Notes under the pieces: model-generated | Database searches by the model: none | What the model saw: only the letters and a program-made list of their open reading frames with translations | What the model was told of the DNA's origin: nothing | Assembly: GCA_024704765.1 (NCBI GenBank) | Contig: JAKMXF010000077.1 | Location: forward strand, 635,220-699,219 | DNA: 64,000 nt | Reading direction: 5' to 3' | Origin: Oopsacas minuta | Taxonomy: Eukaryota; Animalia; Porifera | Translations under genes and position numbers: made by a program | In this document: positions 26,920 to 39,706 of the stretch, piece by piece | Layout: every line of letters starts with the position of its first letter | Numbering within the stretch: the stretch's first letter is position 1

Positions 26920-27800
26920 ATCATATGTTGTAAAATCACATTTGCTCTAATGGACTGGGGTTAAATTAGGGAGCATATCTGCTAGAATTAACTTGTAAGC
27001 AGAGGAAGACCCCTCTACATCAACAGAAGTAACTGGGCAATATTTAAAAATTGTAGCATCTTCAATACAATTTCTCCTGGTAGCTCAGCACATGACCAGT
27101 TAAAGAATTATGATAGACACAACGTCTTGTAAGAAGGGTTCCTATCAAAAAGATCACGCAGTTGTTTGCTACTAGTTCCACTAGACCACGCGAAATTTCT
27201 ATCAGTACGTCTGAAAGATCATTAACAAGCTAAATTGAAGAATGTAGAGATTTGCAAGATGCTTCCAATTTATCTATGACTATTGGTATTGTCTTGTAGT
27301 GCAGTATAATTATGGTGTTATCATCAAAACACTGCGTTATTATCAAAGGTAAGCTGAGCAGCATCAATAGAGAAAGCATCGTGTGAATCTAACAGAGCCA
27401 CAACTTCTTTAACACCTTCAAAATGTTTACCAGAAAATAATGCAGTATTTAGCTGAGTGCCCCATCGTGTAATTATTTGTTCGGGTGGCAATGAACATTA
27501 GGTAGAATATCTTTATATATCTGCACCCATAGAGGTGATGTAAAAAGATTCAAAATTTGTTCCAAGGTGTATTTGCATACATCATGGTTTTACAAAATCA
27601 TATGCAAATGTATTGAACAGCTCATTGTTGTTTTCTCTATTGTTGAAATGTCTGAATCTTAGCCACTGTTGTTTTTAAATGAGTTATGTATTGCAGTTTC
27701 AATTTATTGCTGTATTTGGAGCTATTTACCAGCTGGAACATGTTTCCGACATGGTTGGCAAAACAAACAAACAATATGCTGTCAAATCAAAATCTGCTCG
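26920..27800 (-). mobile_element. Decayed hAT-like (CGGBP1-related) transposase fragment
   Basis: Minus-strand pieces PPEQIITRWGT, AALFSGKHFEGVKEVVALLDSHDAFSIDAAQ and KYCPVTSVDVEGSSSAYKLIL. Limits are approximate. Confidence 0.6.
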
Positions 27801-29401
27801 GATCCACTAATTGAAAATCTCTAAATGTATATAAAGATATTCCAAAATATAGGGAAACTTGGACTAATATGAAGAGCTTTTGCCTATCATATAGTCTCAC
27901 GGGTTAGTGACAACTGAAATATTTTGTTACCAAATGAGAAGAGAATTCCTCTAATCTTGGATGAATCCAAATAGCTAACATAAGCCGTTAGGTGTAATGA
28001 GTACAAGGGATTGAATTAAAAAAATTAGGGATGTAGGAGTTGTAAATTATGTTTTAGCAATCTCAAATGTTTAAAACAAGTATGTAAATACATTTGAAAT
28101 TCTGTGTGAAGTTGTGAGTAAATAGCATAGTTTCAATAATCCACTGCAATTAAATTCGTAAAATAGGTGGACACAAGTTTGAATCTGATATTTATATGTA
28201 ATACAATCAACCTGTGTTCTAAAAATATTGATACTGCAAATTAACGAAAAACTAGAACCATTCAATATCAACTTTATGCATTATTTGCACAAGAAGTTCA
28301 ATCACATGCAACATATTATCCATTGAACAACACAGATGACATCATTTTGAACTGATGATAGTTGGATAACATCTGTAAATGATTAAATATCAAAAATACA
28401 TTATTCGAGCCAATATGCACCGATTTTGTTTTATCGTTAAACATAGAATTGCAAATCAAAATTATAGACTTGTAGTAATCCATGGTCAATTACCGTGAAA
28501 AAGCTTTAGTTGAGTAAGCTGTGTGGTTTTCTAATTGGACCAGGTTATATTGATTACCCGGTATATTTTCAATTTTTCTGTGCATTTTGGGGCTAAGCGA
28601 TTTGGTTATAATTTCAAGATATTGAATAATATGTAATAAAATTGAATAAAAAAGAACAATTTTGGACAAATATGAAAAAAAAGTAGAATACAAAGACATT
28701 CTCGAAGAACATAGGATGAAATAATAAGAACGCCTGGAACCCTGTATATTTTGAATATTTGTTTTTGCGACATCCCACCAGCATTTGAGAACAAAAAAGA
28801 TTCAAATTGTACAGCAGAAATGGGGCGATGCGATACAAATGTAATTAAATATTTTTCAATAAAAATACCTTTGTATAATTCAGATAGAAACACATTTGGC
28901 AAAATTCAGGACTACAATTAATCAAAAATATAATTATTTCCCACTGTAATCAGAGAAAACAGTTGTGACCCAATAAAATCGTCATACATTATATAACCGA
29001 TACTCTCGGTAATCTACGTTCCTGTATAGCTTTAGAAAGTGAAATAGGAGTTAGTGTGAAAGAGAACAAAATTGCTTAAAGGGTAATGACAAATCCGCGG
29101 TTATAAATTACGTTTCTATGAAAGTAATATCTCAAACACAATCAAATGTTAACTCAATTATAAGGTAATTTATACTGATGCCAAAAATCTGGATGAAAGT
29201 TTGATTGGGGCATAGCCTGCTAAACATAAGGCCTAGCAATATTTTCAAATTTTTGTACCACGGTTAAGTTATTAGCTGAGTATAATAACTAACTATTGTA
29301 TATTTTCATATTTCTGACATTTAATTAACCATATTGTTTAAATTCAGCATAATAGATATATATATATAGGACAATTTTTCCCTGACATACTCTAGTTACT
29401 A

Positions 29402-30746
29402 CAGGGTGTAACAAAAGTATTGTCGGGTTATATAATGAATCAAACGTAAGCAAAATACAACAATTATTACATTATTACTTCCCAATATAGCCTCCTTGTC
29501 TTTCTAATACGAGTGCTACTCGCCTGGGCATACTGGAGACCATATTTTGGAAAACATCTCCTGAAATACTACTCAATGCCCTTTCCAAATTTTTGATGAG
29601 ATTATTCACGGTGCTTGCTTGCTCAAACTCTTCCACTTTGTCTTTCAGTATTGACCATAAGTTTTCGATGGGATTGAGGTCAGGTGAGTTCATAGGCCAC
29701 TCCGCTTTCTGCCAAACGCTGGAAGATTCTATTTGCACCATTCTTGCGTTAGTTTGGCTGTGTGAACGGGAGCCCCGTCTTGCATAAAAATATCTCGGAC
29801 ATCTTTGAAGTCATGGCCCGCTGTAAAACCGATCCATTTTTGCTCTTCTATTGATCGCATCTTTGCAAGATCCAGCCAAAATCTTCGTACGATAGTACTC
29901 TCCATTAATAGTTTTCCCCTGAGGTATAACATGCAGCTCAGATAGGGCTTGGTGAGACATCAATGCCCCAAACGTGAACTTTCGCCGGAAATTTTATCTT
30001 TGTGCAGGGTTTGATTGAACCAGAATCCTTGCTCCAAACTCGGTCATTCTGTCTGTTTGGGGTTGGAAACAATTCGAATGGAGATCCACCTGACCACAGA
30101 ACTCTATTCCAATCTTCTATAGTCTAATCCTTGTGTTTCTGGTCAAATTCGATCCGGTTTTTTCTTCATTTTCAAGGTCAATCGAGGCCTTTGCGGCCTT
30201 TTAAATGGCGTAGTACCTAGAGACTTTCGTAAATATCGATGTACAGAGGTGTGAGAGACATCACAACCTCTTCTGGTTAATCTCAGAGCTAGCTTTCGTG
30301 TAGATTGCCTTCTCTTCCCCAAAGACTTTGCGATGACAATTTTCGCAACTCTATTAATTTTCGGCGGACGTCGAGACTTAGGCTTTGATTCCATTGAAAA
30401 TCCCAATTTATCGCCACGCCCCCATCCCTGAACTGATCGAATATTGACATTCCACACTTGAGCAACCTTTTTAGGCATTTCTCCTGCTTTAATCATCCTC
30501 AATGCCTGAGATCTTAAAGATAATCCGTATTCCTGGACATTCATATCACAACAATTAAGTAGAAATTTCCAATATCACGAAAATAATTCCAAAAATATAT
30601 TTATGTAAGATTTGACTCCACACGAGTTTAACTAAGTAGTACAAACACATATTTACTGAGAGAAATCAATAGCGAGGGCTGCATACGAATGTGGAATTTG
30701 AATTCAATGTAGAGTAAAATGACGACAATACTTTTGTTACACCCTG
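29402..30746 (-). mobile_element. Tc1-like element (DD37E spacing), full length, decayed
   Basis: 24-bp perfect TIR CAGGGTGTAACAAAAGTATTGTCG with TA TSDs at 29400-01 and 30747-48. Transposase pieces 30143-30544, 29729-29932 and 29475-29741 carry FMQDGAPVH and WPMNSPDLNPIENLW. The first catalytic motif has decayed to WSGGS. Confidence 0.93.
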
Positions 30747-32639
30747 TAGTAATGATAGTCCATCACATTCCTACTGTCATTTATGATTCATATACACTTC
30801 TGCTCACTATTAGATGGAAATTATATCTCCCTGATGCTTAGTGCTTGTTTTGGACACTATCGCATTATGGCTGGTTCGAATTATCATATTTCCTACATTC
30901 AAATTCTAGAATCCGAGCTTCGTCTTAAGCTTCCTAACATCCTAAATATTTTCTGACCAACAGGACTCTTCTTAATCAATACATACCTTTGTCAAATCTT
31001 TTACTTCACCTTCTATTACTTTTTTTGATGACCAAATAGTTCTTGAGTCAAATCTTGATGGGATTGGCAATATGTTAACAAGTGAATAAGCTCAGGAGAT
31101 ACTACAGTCGTTAGAGTTCATCGGAGGATATTCGATCTATAAATTCTTGAAGGCTTCCAAGAGTGTAGATTGAGCACTGATAGCCTAACTTATGATAAAG
31201 AATCTATTCCAAACAGTGATTCAATTTCTCAATTCAAGTTCTTGCAATTAGCAGATCGAGGGGGCTCAAGTATCCATCTGAGCCTGTTTTTAGCTCTGTC
31301 ATGATTCTCTGTAAGATTCTGTTTGCTATTGAGGACAATAATTATTTGGCGAATGTACTTGTAAACGGTCCAGTAGAAATATTAGTTTCGCTCATTGACA
31401 TACATGGAAGAAGAGGCAAGTATTGATTTATGGATATCAAACTATTATATCTATAATGTTACGAGATGGGATATCTTACTCAAACTTAATATTACTACTG
31501 TCAATTGGTTTCTTGTCAACAAGATTGAAAACTATAATTCACTTGTAATTTATAGAGGCATAGAATAAGGTAAATTGAAAAAGTTCTCATGATTTTGTGA
31601 AATGTATGTATAATTAATGCAATTGTATGTATATTTTACAATTATTTTATATGTTGAAGCTAGGGCTATTGTCTAATATCCATTAGTTTCAATGAACATC
31701 AAATAGATTTTCAATATCTTAGTTTAATGCCAGCGAAGTCTAGGCGTCGTTGCAGGGGGGTCGGGGGGTCGGGGAGGCTGGCATATCTCGCCCCAGGATT
31801 TGTTCGCTGGATTGGGTTTGTTCTTCAAAATGAGTTGATATATATAATAGTAGTGCTCCGCCTTCTCAGATTGTCATTAATATTCGAAAGTTCTACACCT
31901 ATGCAGCGGGGGATTATTAACAAAAATTGAGATAATATTTTCCTGGGGCTTTTGGGATGAGTTTTAGAGATATCACGTGATCATGAAACCCAAATATACC
32001 TTTTGTTAAACTATTCTCTGGGAAATCAATTCGAAATCATAATCTCAAAGAAAATTGGGGGGATTCATCATATTCACAATAATGTTGACATAGTTCCAAT
32101 ACTCAACCATCGATTAGCATTAAATAGTTGAATTCTGATGAATTTAGGTTAAGATGATTCGTTTGAAAGACCATAATTTATGTAGAACATAATGAATCCA
32201 CATTCGCTCTCACTACCAACTGAGAATTTGTATGCCTATATCTCCGTAAGTTGCCAATATTCTGGCATGAAATTTAATGTACATAATTACACCATCAAAG
32301 GTAGATATAGGTACAAAAATCGAATTCCAACATATTAGGCGGATTAATTGAAAGGAATACTAGGCCCTAGCAGCATTAACAAATATAGCAAAGCAAAAAT
32401 TCAAAAAGAAGAACACATTGCGAAAGGTCAAACGGTCTTCAAAGTATCATACAAATTTTCAAATATCTGAATGGAGGAAGTGAGTCACATTAGTGAATGA
32501 CCTAACGCAAGATAAGTGATGGGCAAACCTTTTTGCTATACACAAAAAAACAAACATTTTAGATTCTTCTGGCCGCACCTCATTCCTGGCTTAAACTAAA
32601 AGGTCAAAAGTTATATTCAACATAAGCAGGAAACCATAT

Positions 32640-34731
32640 CACATTGTTAAAATATTCAGCATTAAAGAATAATATATATTATAGTTTATAGGATGCTATA
32701 GCTATACGAAGGACACTCGAAAAGTTGTAACGTTGATCGACATATTAGATAGTAATAATAAAATTGACTCTTACATTTTTCAAAATACTCTCCCTGACAA
32801 TTTATACATTTTTCAATCTGGTAACCAATTATCAAAACATTTTTTCCACTCTTCTTTAGGTATGTCTCCGATCGCTTGGAAAAGTGCCCCTCTTAACTCC
32901 TCATTAGTCGAAATCTCCTCCCACGTAATTGATCTTTGAGTGTAGGGAACAACCAGAAGTTGCAAGGGGCTAAATCAGGACTGTAGGGTGGGTGATGTAA
33001 TGTTTTGAGTCCAGAATTTTCCAATAACTCACGAGTTCTGATTGCCGTATGCGATGGCGCATTATCATGATGAAGAAGAATTCCTCTAATGCCTGTCTTC
33101 TCCCGCTGTGACTCAATTGCTGTGATGAGTTTGGGTAGGCACACTGTAGTATACCAGTCCGCAGTAACAGTCTTTCTATCCTCGAGAGGAACAGCTTCGA
33201 CAAACCCACTAGATCTGAAAAAAAATCGCCCACATTTGTTTCCCAACAGATCTAGCCCTCCACACTTTGGTTGGAGGTGGGGCATCTTCTTCAACCCACT
33301 CCTTTGACATTCGCTTTGTTTCTGGATCATAATGGTATATCCATGTCTCATCACCTGTAAGGATCTCAGAAACAGCTCTTGAAATTCCATTAGCAAACCT
33401 TTTGAGCATAATTTTGCAAAAGTCTATGTGGGATATTTTTTGCTGTAAGTTCAAAGAATGGGGATCCATCGGGCACACAACTTCCTGACACAAAGCTCTT
33501 TGTGCAAAATGATATTAATTGCCCCCGATGATAACTCGGTTTCATACTCTAACTGAGCGTACGTAATATGAGGATATTTAGTAATTAGATCTAGCATTTC
33601 ATTGACATTTTCTTCATTATGTGAAATATTCGGTCTTCCTGAACGAGGGGCATCTTCAAGAACAAAGTTTCCGTGAATAAATTCCCTGTACCATCGTTCA
33701 ACTGTACTTAGAGAAGGAACTAGATCCAGGAAATGTTCCTGTAAAGAGTCATAGATTTCTACTCTTGTCTTCTTTAGGGTTGAATAAGATCAAAATCATT
33801 GCTCGAAAATCAAGTTTTGTGAGATCTGATTTAGATTGAGATATTTTAGAAGCCATGTATACTAAAATTATCTAATTTATGAAAGTAGAAGAGGTAAATG
33901 AATGAAAGTTTCAAAGTAGAGTAGTAAAATATGTCTGAAAAGATGAATGCAGAAAAATGTCCGACAGATTAATGGTTCCATATCAAACGGCATAACTTCT
34001 CGAGTCCCCCTCGTATAATACTATTATCATATTTGAGGTAATATTTTGAAATAATGTATGAAATGACCGAACAGCATCAGATATTGACAGATTATAATTT
34101 GTGGAAAATTGTTATCAAATATATAAACTCAAACCCCTAAATTACTTTAATTAATTATCATTCTCCAATTCTATGCTATTACATAAGATATCTTGTGGAG
34201 TAATTCGGTCATTTGCACTAGAATTCCTCGTCTTTGTGGCTGTAAAAAGATTCTGCAATAATAGGGGATCACAACAGGTCAGAAGGTGAACTAGAATATC
34301 TTGTACATTGTCAGAGAATGATGTTTTTCTTGGAAGATTTTCCCGATACCGCCTCACGAATATTATACAAGATTCTAAACATTCTTCTGATAGATTCTGC
34401 AATCCCTTGACATTATTGTATTCTCCAAAATCTTGAAAGTATGAGAATGTAGCTTGTGTAAATAGGGGGCGATGTTAGCCAATGAAAACTGAAATAAAAT
34501 GTATTCTTACGTTTTTTACATAATTCTTCCATTTTATTACAATTGATTAAGTTACCGCTGTTCACAAGACCTGATACCGCGGAGAGAGATTAGTCTGGAT
34601 CTTCACAAATAAGCGTTTTTCAGATGGATTAATCGAAAGAGTCGCCCATTTTAAAAGTGTCACTTATCCAAAAAGCAATCACGTGCAATGTTCCCAGTAG
34701 TTGATGCACCGACCTGACTTGATGGAATATC
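32640..34731 (-). mobile_element. Transib/RAG1-like element, 3' remnant, interrupted by a mariner
   Basis: Minus-strand STTGNIARDCF (about 34700), NIAPYLHKLHSH (about 34470) and LSEECLESC...RRYRENLPRKTSFSDNVQDILVHLLTCCDP (34151-34402). The candidate terminus CACATTGTTAAAAT...AAAGAATA at 32640 resembles the TIR at 43094. Confidence 0.75.
32707..34013 (-). mobile_element. mariner (DD34D) element, full length, frameshifted
   Basis: Imperfect TIR CGAAGGACACTCGAAAAGTTG / CGAGGGGGACTCGAGAAGTTA with TA TSDs (32705-06, 34014-15). Motifs TGDETW, HHDNAPSH and HPPYSPDLAPCN (third D changed to N). ATG at about 33856. Confidence 0.93.
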
Positions 34732-34733
34732 TA

Positions 34734-35615
34734 CGAGGGATACTCAATAACCTTTGAGCCTAGGTATCAAAAGCATCAATCTATATTTATTTTTACTATA
34801 ATTGTCCAAAATACCATCCCTTAGCTTGAATCACTTGTTCATTCGTTCAAACCAAGCTTGAATAGCTTTTTAAAATTCATTTTCGTTGATGTCTCCGATC
34901 ACTTTTCTGAGGCCACCCTCAAGTTCAGAATTCGATTAAAGATTCTGCCTTTAAGGTAATTTTTACTCTAGGAAAGAGCCAGAAGTCGCAGAGTGCTAGA
35001 TCTAGAGAATAAGGAGGGGGCGGCAAAATATGTAGTCCTGATTCTTCAATGAATTGTCTTGTCATTTTTGATGTATGAGAACAGGCATTATCGTGGTGGA
35101 AAAAGTTCCCCTTAATCCTGTGCCAGGACGCTGTAAATTTATTGCTTTTATGACTAGAGGCAACCAACTCTCTGTATACCAGGTTGAATTAATTGTCTTA
35201 CCAGGTTCAAGAGGTACAACAGTTTTACACCCGTTGTATTAAAAAAATTGCATACATTTGTTTCTTGGTGTACTGAGTTCTGCGATCCTTTGTTGGAGGA
35301 CCTTCTCCAATTTCACACTATTGACGGCTCTGTTGCTTTGTTTCTGGATCATAGTGATAGATCCGTGTTTCATCACCAGTTATTATTTTGGAAACATCTC
35401 TACTGTTTCCATTGTTGAATTTTTTAAGCATTTCACTCGATTCTGCTTCTGCTCAGGATGAAGCTGATGTGGGATCCAACGGGCACAAAGTTTACGTAGC
35501 TGAAGGGATTGGTGTAAAACGGTGGGCACTGCTCCGGATGAAATACCAATTTCGAGTTGAATCCTCTCATATGTAACATTTGGGTCTGCTATCACCATGT
35601 CCTCAAATGACCCAA
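34734..35615 (-). mobile_element. mariner element, 5'-truncated
   Basis: TA then TIR CGAGGGATACTCAATAACCTTTGAG at 34734. Motifs HHDNACSH..PPYSLDLALCDFWLFP (34925-35167) and KLCARWIPHQL. It stops abruptly at about 35615. Confidence 0.85.
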
Positions 35616-37253
35616 CATACATAATTGGCGAACAACTTCTGGTTGGTTGCATTGGTGATGTATCCCGAGAAATGTTGGGAGAATCTGCAGTATAGATAAC
35701 TGCTCGGGTTCCACTGTCAAGCGACACTGTTGCTAGAAGAGTGATCGATCTTGCTTGCGACATGGAGGAACAGCTGATCGAACAAATAAAATCAGCCAAA
35801 TGGTACTCTTTACAGCTTGATGAATCTACTGACGTAGCAAATTTGGCGATTTTGTTGCAATATGTTCCTTTTGAACATTGTGGTGATGTGAAAGAAGAGT
35901 ATTTATGTTCGATATTATTACCTACAAATACCATTAGTTCTCAAATTTTTGATGAATTGGATAACTATATCGTTGGTCAATGAGGATTAGATTTGCAGTT
36001 TTGTGTTGGTGTATTTACTGACGGTGCTGCTGCAATGACAGGACGACATTCTGGAGTTGTTACAAAGATTAAAGAAGTAGCACCAGATTGCGAGCCAACG
36101 CACTGTTGTATTCATCGAGAAAACTTAGCAACAAAGAAGATGTCAAAGGAACTCAACGATGTACTATGTCAAGTTGCCAAAGTTGTCAAACATGTAAAAG
36201 CGAACGCTCTGAATTCTCGCTTATTCGCTTCCTTGTGTGATCAGATGGGAGCTGACCATATACAACTGCTCTTGCATGCTGAAGTACGTTGGCTATCCAG
36301 AGGAAAAGTGTTATCAAGAGTTTTTGAGCTCCGAAACGAACTAACAACATTTCTGCTTGATAAAAAACCCGAATGGGCTGAAAATTTTCAAGATGTAAAC
36401 TGGAATACAAAGCTGACATATCTGTCTGATATATTCTCAATGCTTAATGAGCTAAACAGATCAATGTAAGGTAGGATGGCAATTAATTTTGCACCAGCTA
36501 ACAAGATTGACGGTTTTAAAAGAAAGTTAGCTCATGGCATGGCAACATCGAGTCTCTCGAGATTGTTACGACATGTTTCCAAATTTATCGGAAATAATTA
36601 ATTGTGAAAGTGGACTAGATGCGACTTCTCTAGCGAACATTATCACCGAACAGTTGAAATCACTAGCTGAGAGCTTTGAATTTTACTTCCCAAAAGAACA
36701 AGATCCTAGAGAAGGAAATAGTTGGATCTGTAATCCCTTTTTGCAATTGGAGGAAGAGTTGAATGTTCATTTAGAGGACCTATTATTAGACCTGGCAGGG
36801 GGTCAAGGATTAAAGAATATTTTTTTACAGCGAAATAACACTCGCCGAATTCTGGATAAAGGTTAGACCCGAATATCCAGAACTTAGTGAGTTGGCCCTG
36901 AGAATAATTCTACTTGTTCCATCTACTTACCTTTGTGAGATGGGGTTTTCAACAATGAGATCATCAAAACAATGTATAGGAATTCTCTGGATGTCAGATC
37001 TCCACTACGTGTGGCACTTTCATCAATCGAACCAAGGCTAGATAAGCTGGTCAAATCGAAGCAAGCACACAGTTCTCATTAGTATAATTGATCTTATAAT
37101 TATATCACAATATACCTCTTCTACTTAACGCTGATATAATACAATAATAAAAACAAATTATATGCAATAAAAATGAGACCGACAAGCAGGGGTCCGTGGA
37201 ATCGTAATGGAGAAACTTTGAGGCCGCGACATAAAAAAGTTTGAGAAGCACTG
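35616..37253 (+). mobile_element. Buster/Charlie-type hAT, 5'-truncated
   Basis: Motifs PLSSDTVARR, YSLQLDESTD, TDGAAAMTG, THCCIHRE and LHAEVRWLSRGKVLSRVFEL. The right TIR AAAGTTTGAGAAGCACTG ends at 37253. Confidence 0.9.
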
Positions 37254-38100
37254 TGTTAGAAGATGATCAAGAGTATGACGATTGGTTGACACAAGCTGCT
37301 TCATGTTCAATTGCATCAGAACTACTTCAACTCTTTGTTACACTACTTATGTTCAACGAAGAAGCTGTCCCATTAGTTTGTGGAATAAACTTAAGGGGTC
37401 TTTTGGCTGAAGACTTTCTTTCAGAACTAGAATTATTCCTCCTAATATTGGATAGGATGACCAAATCAAGAAGAGTGCGTGCTAAGATATTGAGTACCGA
37501 CTTGCATAGCAGAGAAAGTCTCTGTCTGACTTTGGAGTGATTTCACTCCCCTCAAATGACAGTAGTCCACATGATCAATCTAAAGTTATTCAAGATGAAT
37601 TAGAGTTTGAAGGGCATCACCAAGTTCTCATTGCAGAGGAGAATATTACTCTACTGAGCCCTGATCAGTATGAATATATAATTGCATGATGGAGGCAATT
37701 AATGATAAGAGTTTTGAACAGAAAGATTTCTTCATTGGTGGACCAGGGGGTGCTGGAAAGAAATTCGTGAAAAAGCATCACACATGTTAAAGTGCGATCA
37801 GAAGGACATATCAGATTAGCTATGGCTTCATCAGTCATAGCAGGCCTCCTGCTTACTGGTTGGAGGACTGTTCATTCTAGATTGAAAATGCTAATTCCTT
37901 TGAATGACAAATCAGTTGTAACATCCCAAAACAGAGCCCACTAGCAAAACTGATACAAAGCGCGAATCTATTATTCTTGGATGAAGCCCCAAGGTACACT
38001 GACGTGAAGCTGAGTGTATATTTCGTAGTTTGAGAGATATTTGTTCCTCTGAGCTCGTGTTTGGAGAGATTTCCGGGAGATTCTCCCTGTAATTTAACAA
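37254..38100 (+). mobile_element. Helitron Rep/PIF1-helicase fragment
   Basis: Motifs LEDDQEYDDWLTQAAS..ELLQLFVTLL, Walker A-like FIGGPGGAGK, AMASSVIAGLLLTGWRTVHSR, Walker B ILDEAP and DFREILPV. Many disablements. Confidence 0.8.
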
Positions 38101-38195
38101 AGTAACAGAACACCGGTACTATTAACCTGTATCAATAGATGACCACCCTGGCACCATGTAAACGCAATGAAGCTTACTTTTCAAGTAACAATAAT

Positions 38196-38835
38196 CAAGG
38201 ATGTCCTGCTCTAATTATAAGTATGGGAGCGGTATTTCAAATTTCAAATTCAATTAAATATATCCTAATTTCTGATACAAAATTCAAACAATATACCGGT
38301 AATTGAATTAATAAGATAAGTATGAATATTATCAAAGGTTTAGTAGTAAATCTGAAAAAAATAGAGTTTTAACAAGTGATTTAGTACCCAAAATTATTTA
38401 ACCAATAATACTTCCAAATTTCTTCTTGTTTATGGGGCTTAGAATATTATATTTCATCATTTTATATATCCTACATTCCAGAACACGTTGCTTATAATAT
38501 AATTATTACTTAAAAGAATCATTTGAAATAGATATTTGTTTACGACTAACGCTAGATTCGGATAAAATAATACATAGTTGATTTAAAATTTCCCATTGTT
38601 CTTTAAAACAAGTACAATATATTCAGAGCACTATAAACTAAACATTTGCCCTCTCAACTCGACTTAATTATATTTGGAACAAATATCAATTTATTTCAAA
38701 TATTGATTGTATGTTACTTTAGATATCAGGTATACATATTCTCTAACTTGTGAAGTAATTGTGACTTCCCAATTTGATTTGATAAAAAAGTATGGGAGCG
38801 ACGCTCCCACCCGCTCCCACAGCAGGACACCACTG
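38196..38835. mobile_element. hAT-type MITE
   Basis: Ends CAAGGATGTCCTGCT and revcomp CAGTGGTGTCCTGCT. Flanks ACAATAAT / ATAATAAT match 7 of 8. Subterminal GGGAGCG motifs at both ends. Confidence 0.6.
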
Positions 38836-39706
38836 ATAATAATGCTACAAGTTTCAAGTCCAAAATTTCAAGAGGTTGGTAGGGCCTATATAGAGTAGGC
38901 CGGACTGATATCTATAAAGATTAGACAATTTCAAAGGCAATACCGATATTGGAGCAGTTCATCTTGAGATAATGATATTATAAATGATGATTTGTTAATT
39001 TCAGATTCTCTCAATTTACAATATCGAAATGACAATTGGCATAAAGCTTAATTGGAGGAATACAGAAGGAATATCAGATAAGATTGGAAAATATTTCAGG
39101 GTGATAAAATAGGCATTCCTGTATAAAACTTCTAAAAATGACACCTAAATAATTTTCTGGTTGTTCTTCTTTTATTAGCCTATTGAATAGAAGATTAGAA
39201 AGGTTTAGATGTACACATTGGGTTTCTTCTATCGCAACCAATTCAGAACTCTATTGATTAGAAGTGTTTCTCAAAGTGGGCTGTAGAGCCCCCTGGAGGG
39301 CGCTGAAGGGTGTAGGGGGCGCCACGCAGCAAGGGGGCGCTGGGGGAGCGATGTGGGTTATAGAAAGCGAAACAGAGATACGACTTCACGTCAAAAAAGT
39401 GGTATCATATTCCTCATTATTCATTACAATAGGTGCTAACAAATACTTCGATTACCAAAGCCATTTAAGGTGGTAATGCTCTTGGTGATTATCAACAACA
39501 GCTAATCCTTAAAAATGAATGAAGAATTCTTTTGTTACAATGTCTATGGCTTTCCTAATCGAAATATAATTATCACTGTCCTTCAAACAAATGTAAAATT
39601 CGTGATAATAGGAAATCTGTTTAATTTCAATATAAACACATACGAAGAAATCTAAACCAAAAGGAATTGATAAACTCGATCGAAGAAATGAATAGTAAAA
39701 GAAGTG

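Noticed and set aside
35383-35934. 183-aa ORF as a novel protein
   Set aside because: It is a chimera of antisense Buster sequence and in-frame mariner sequence across the deletion junction.
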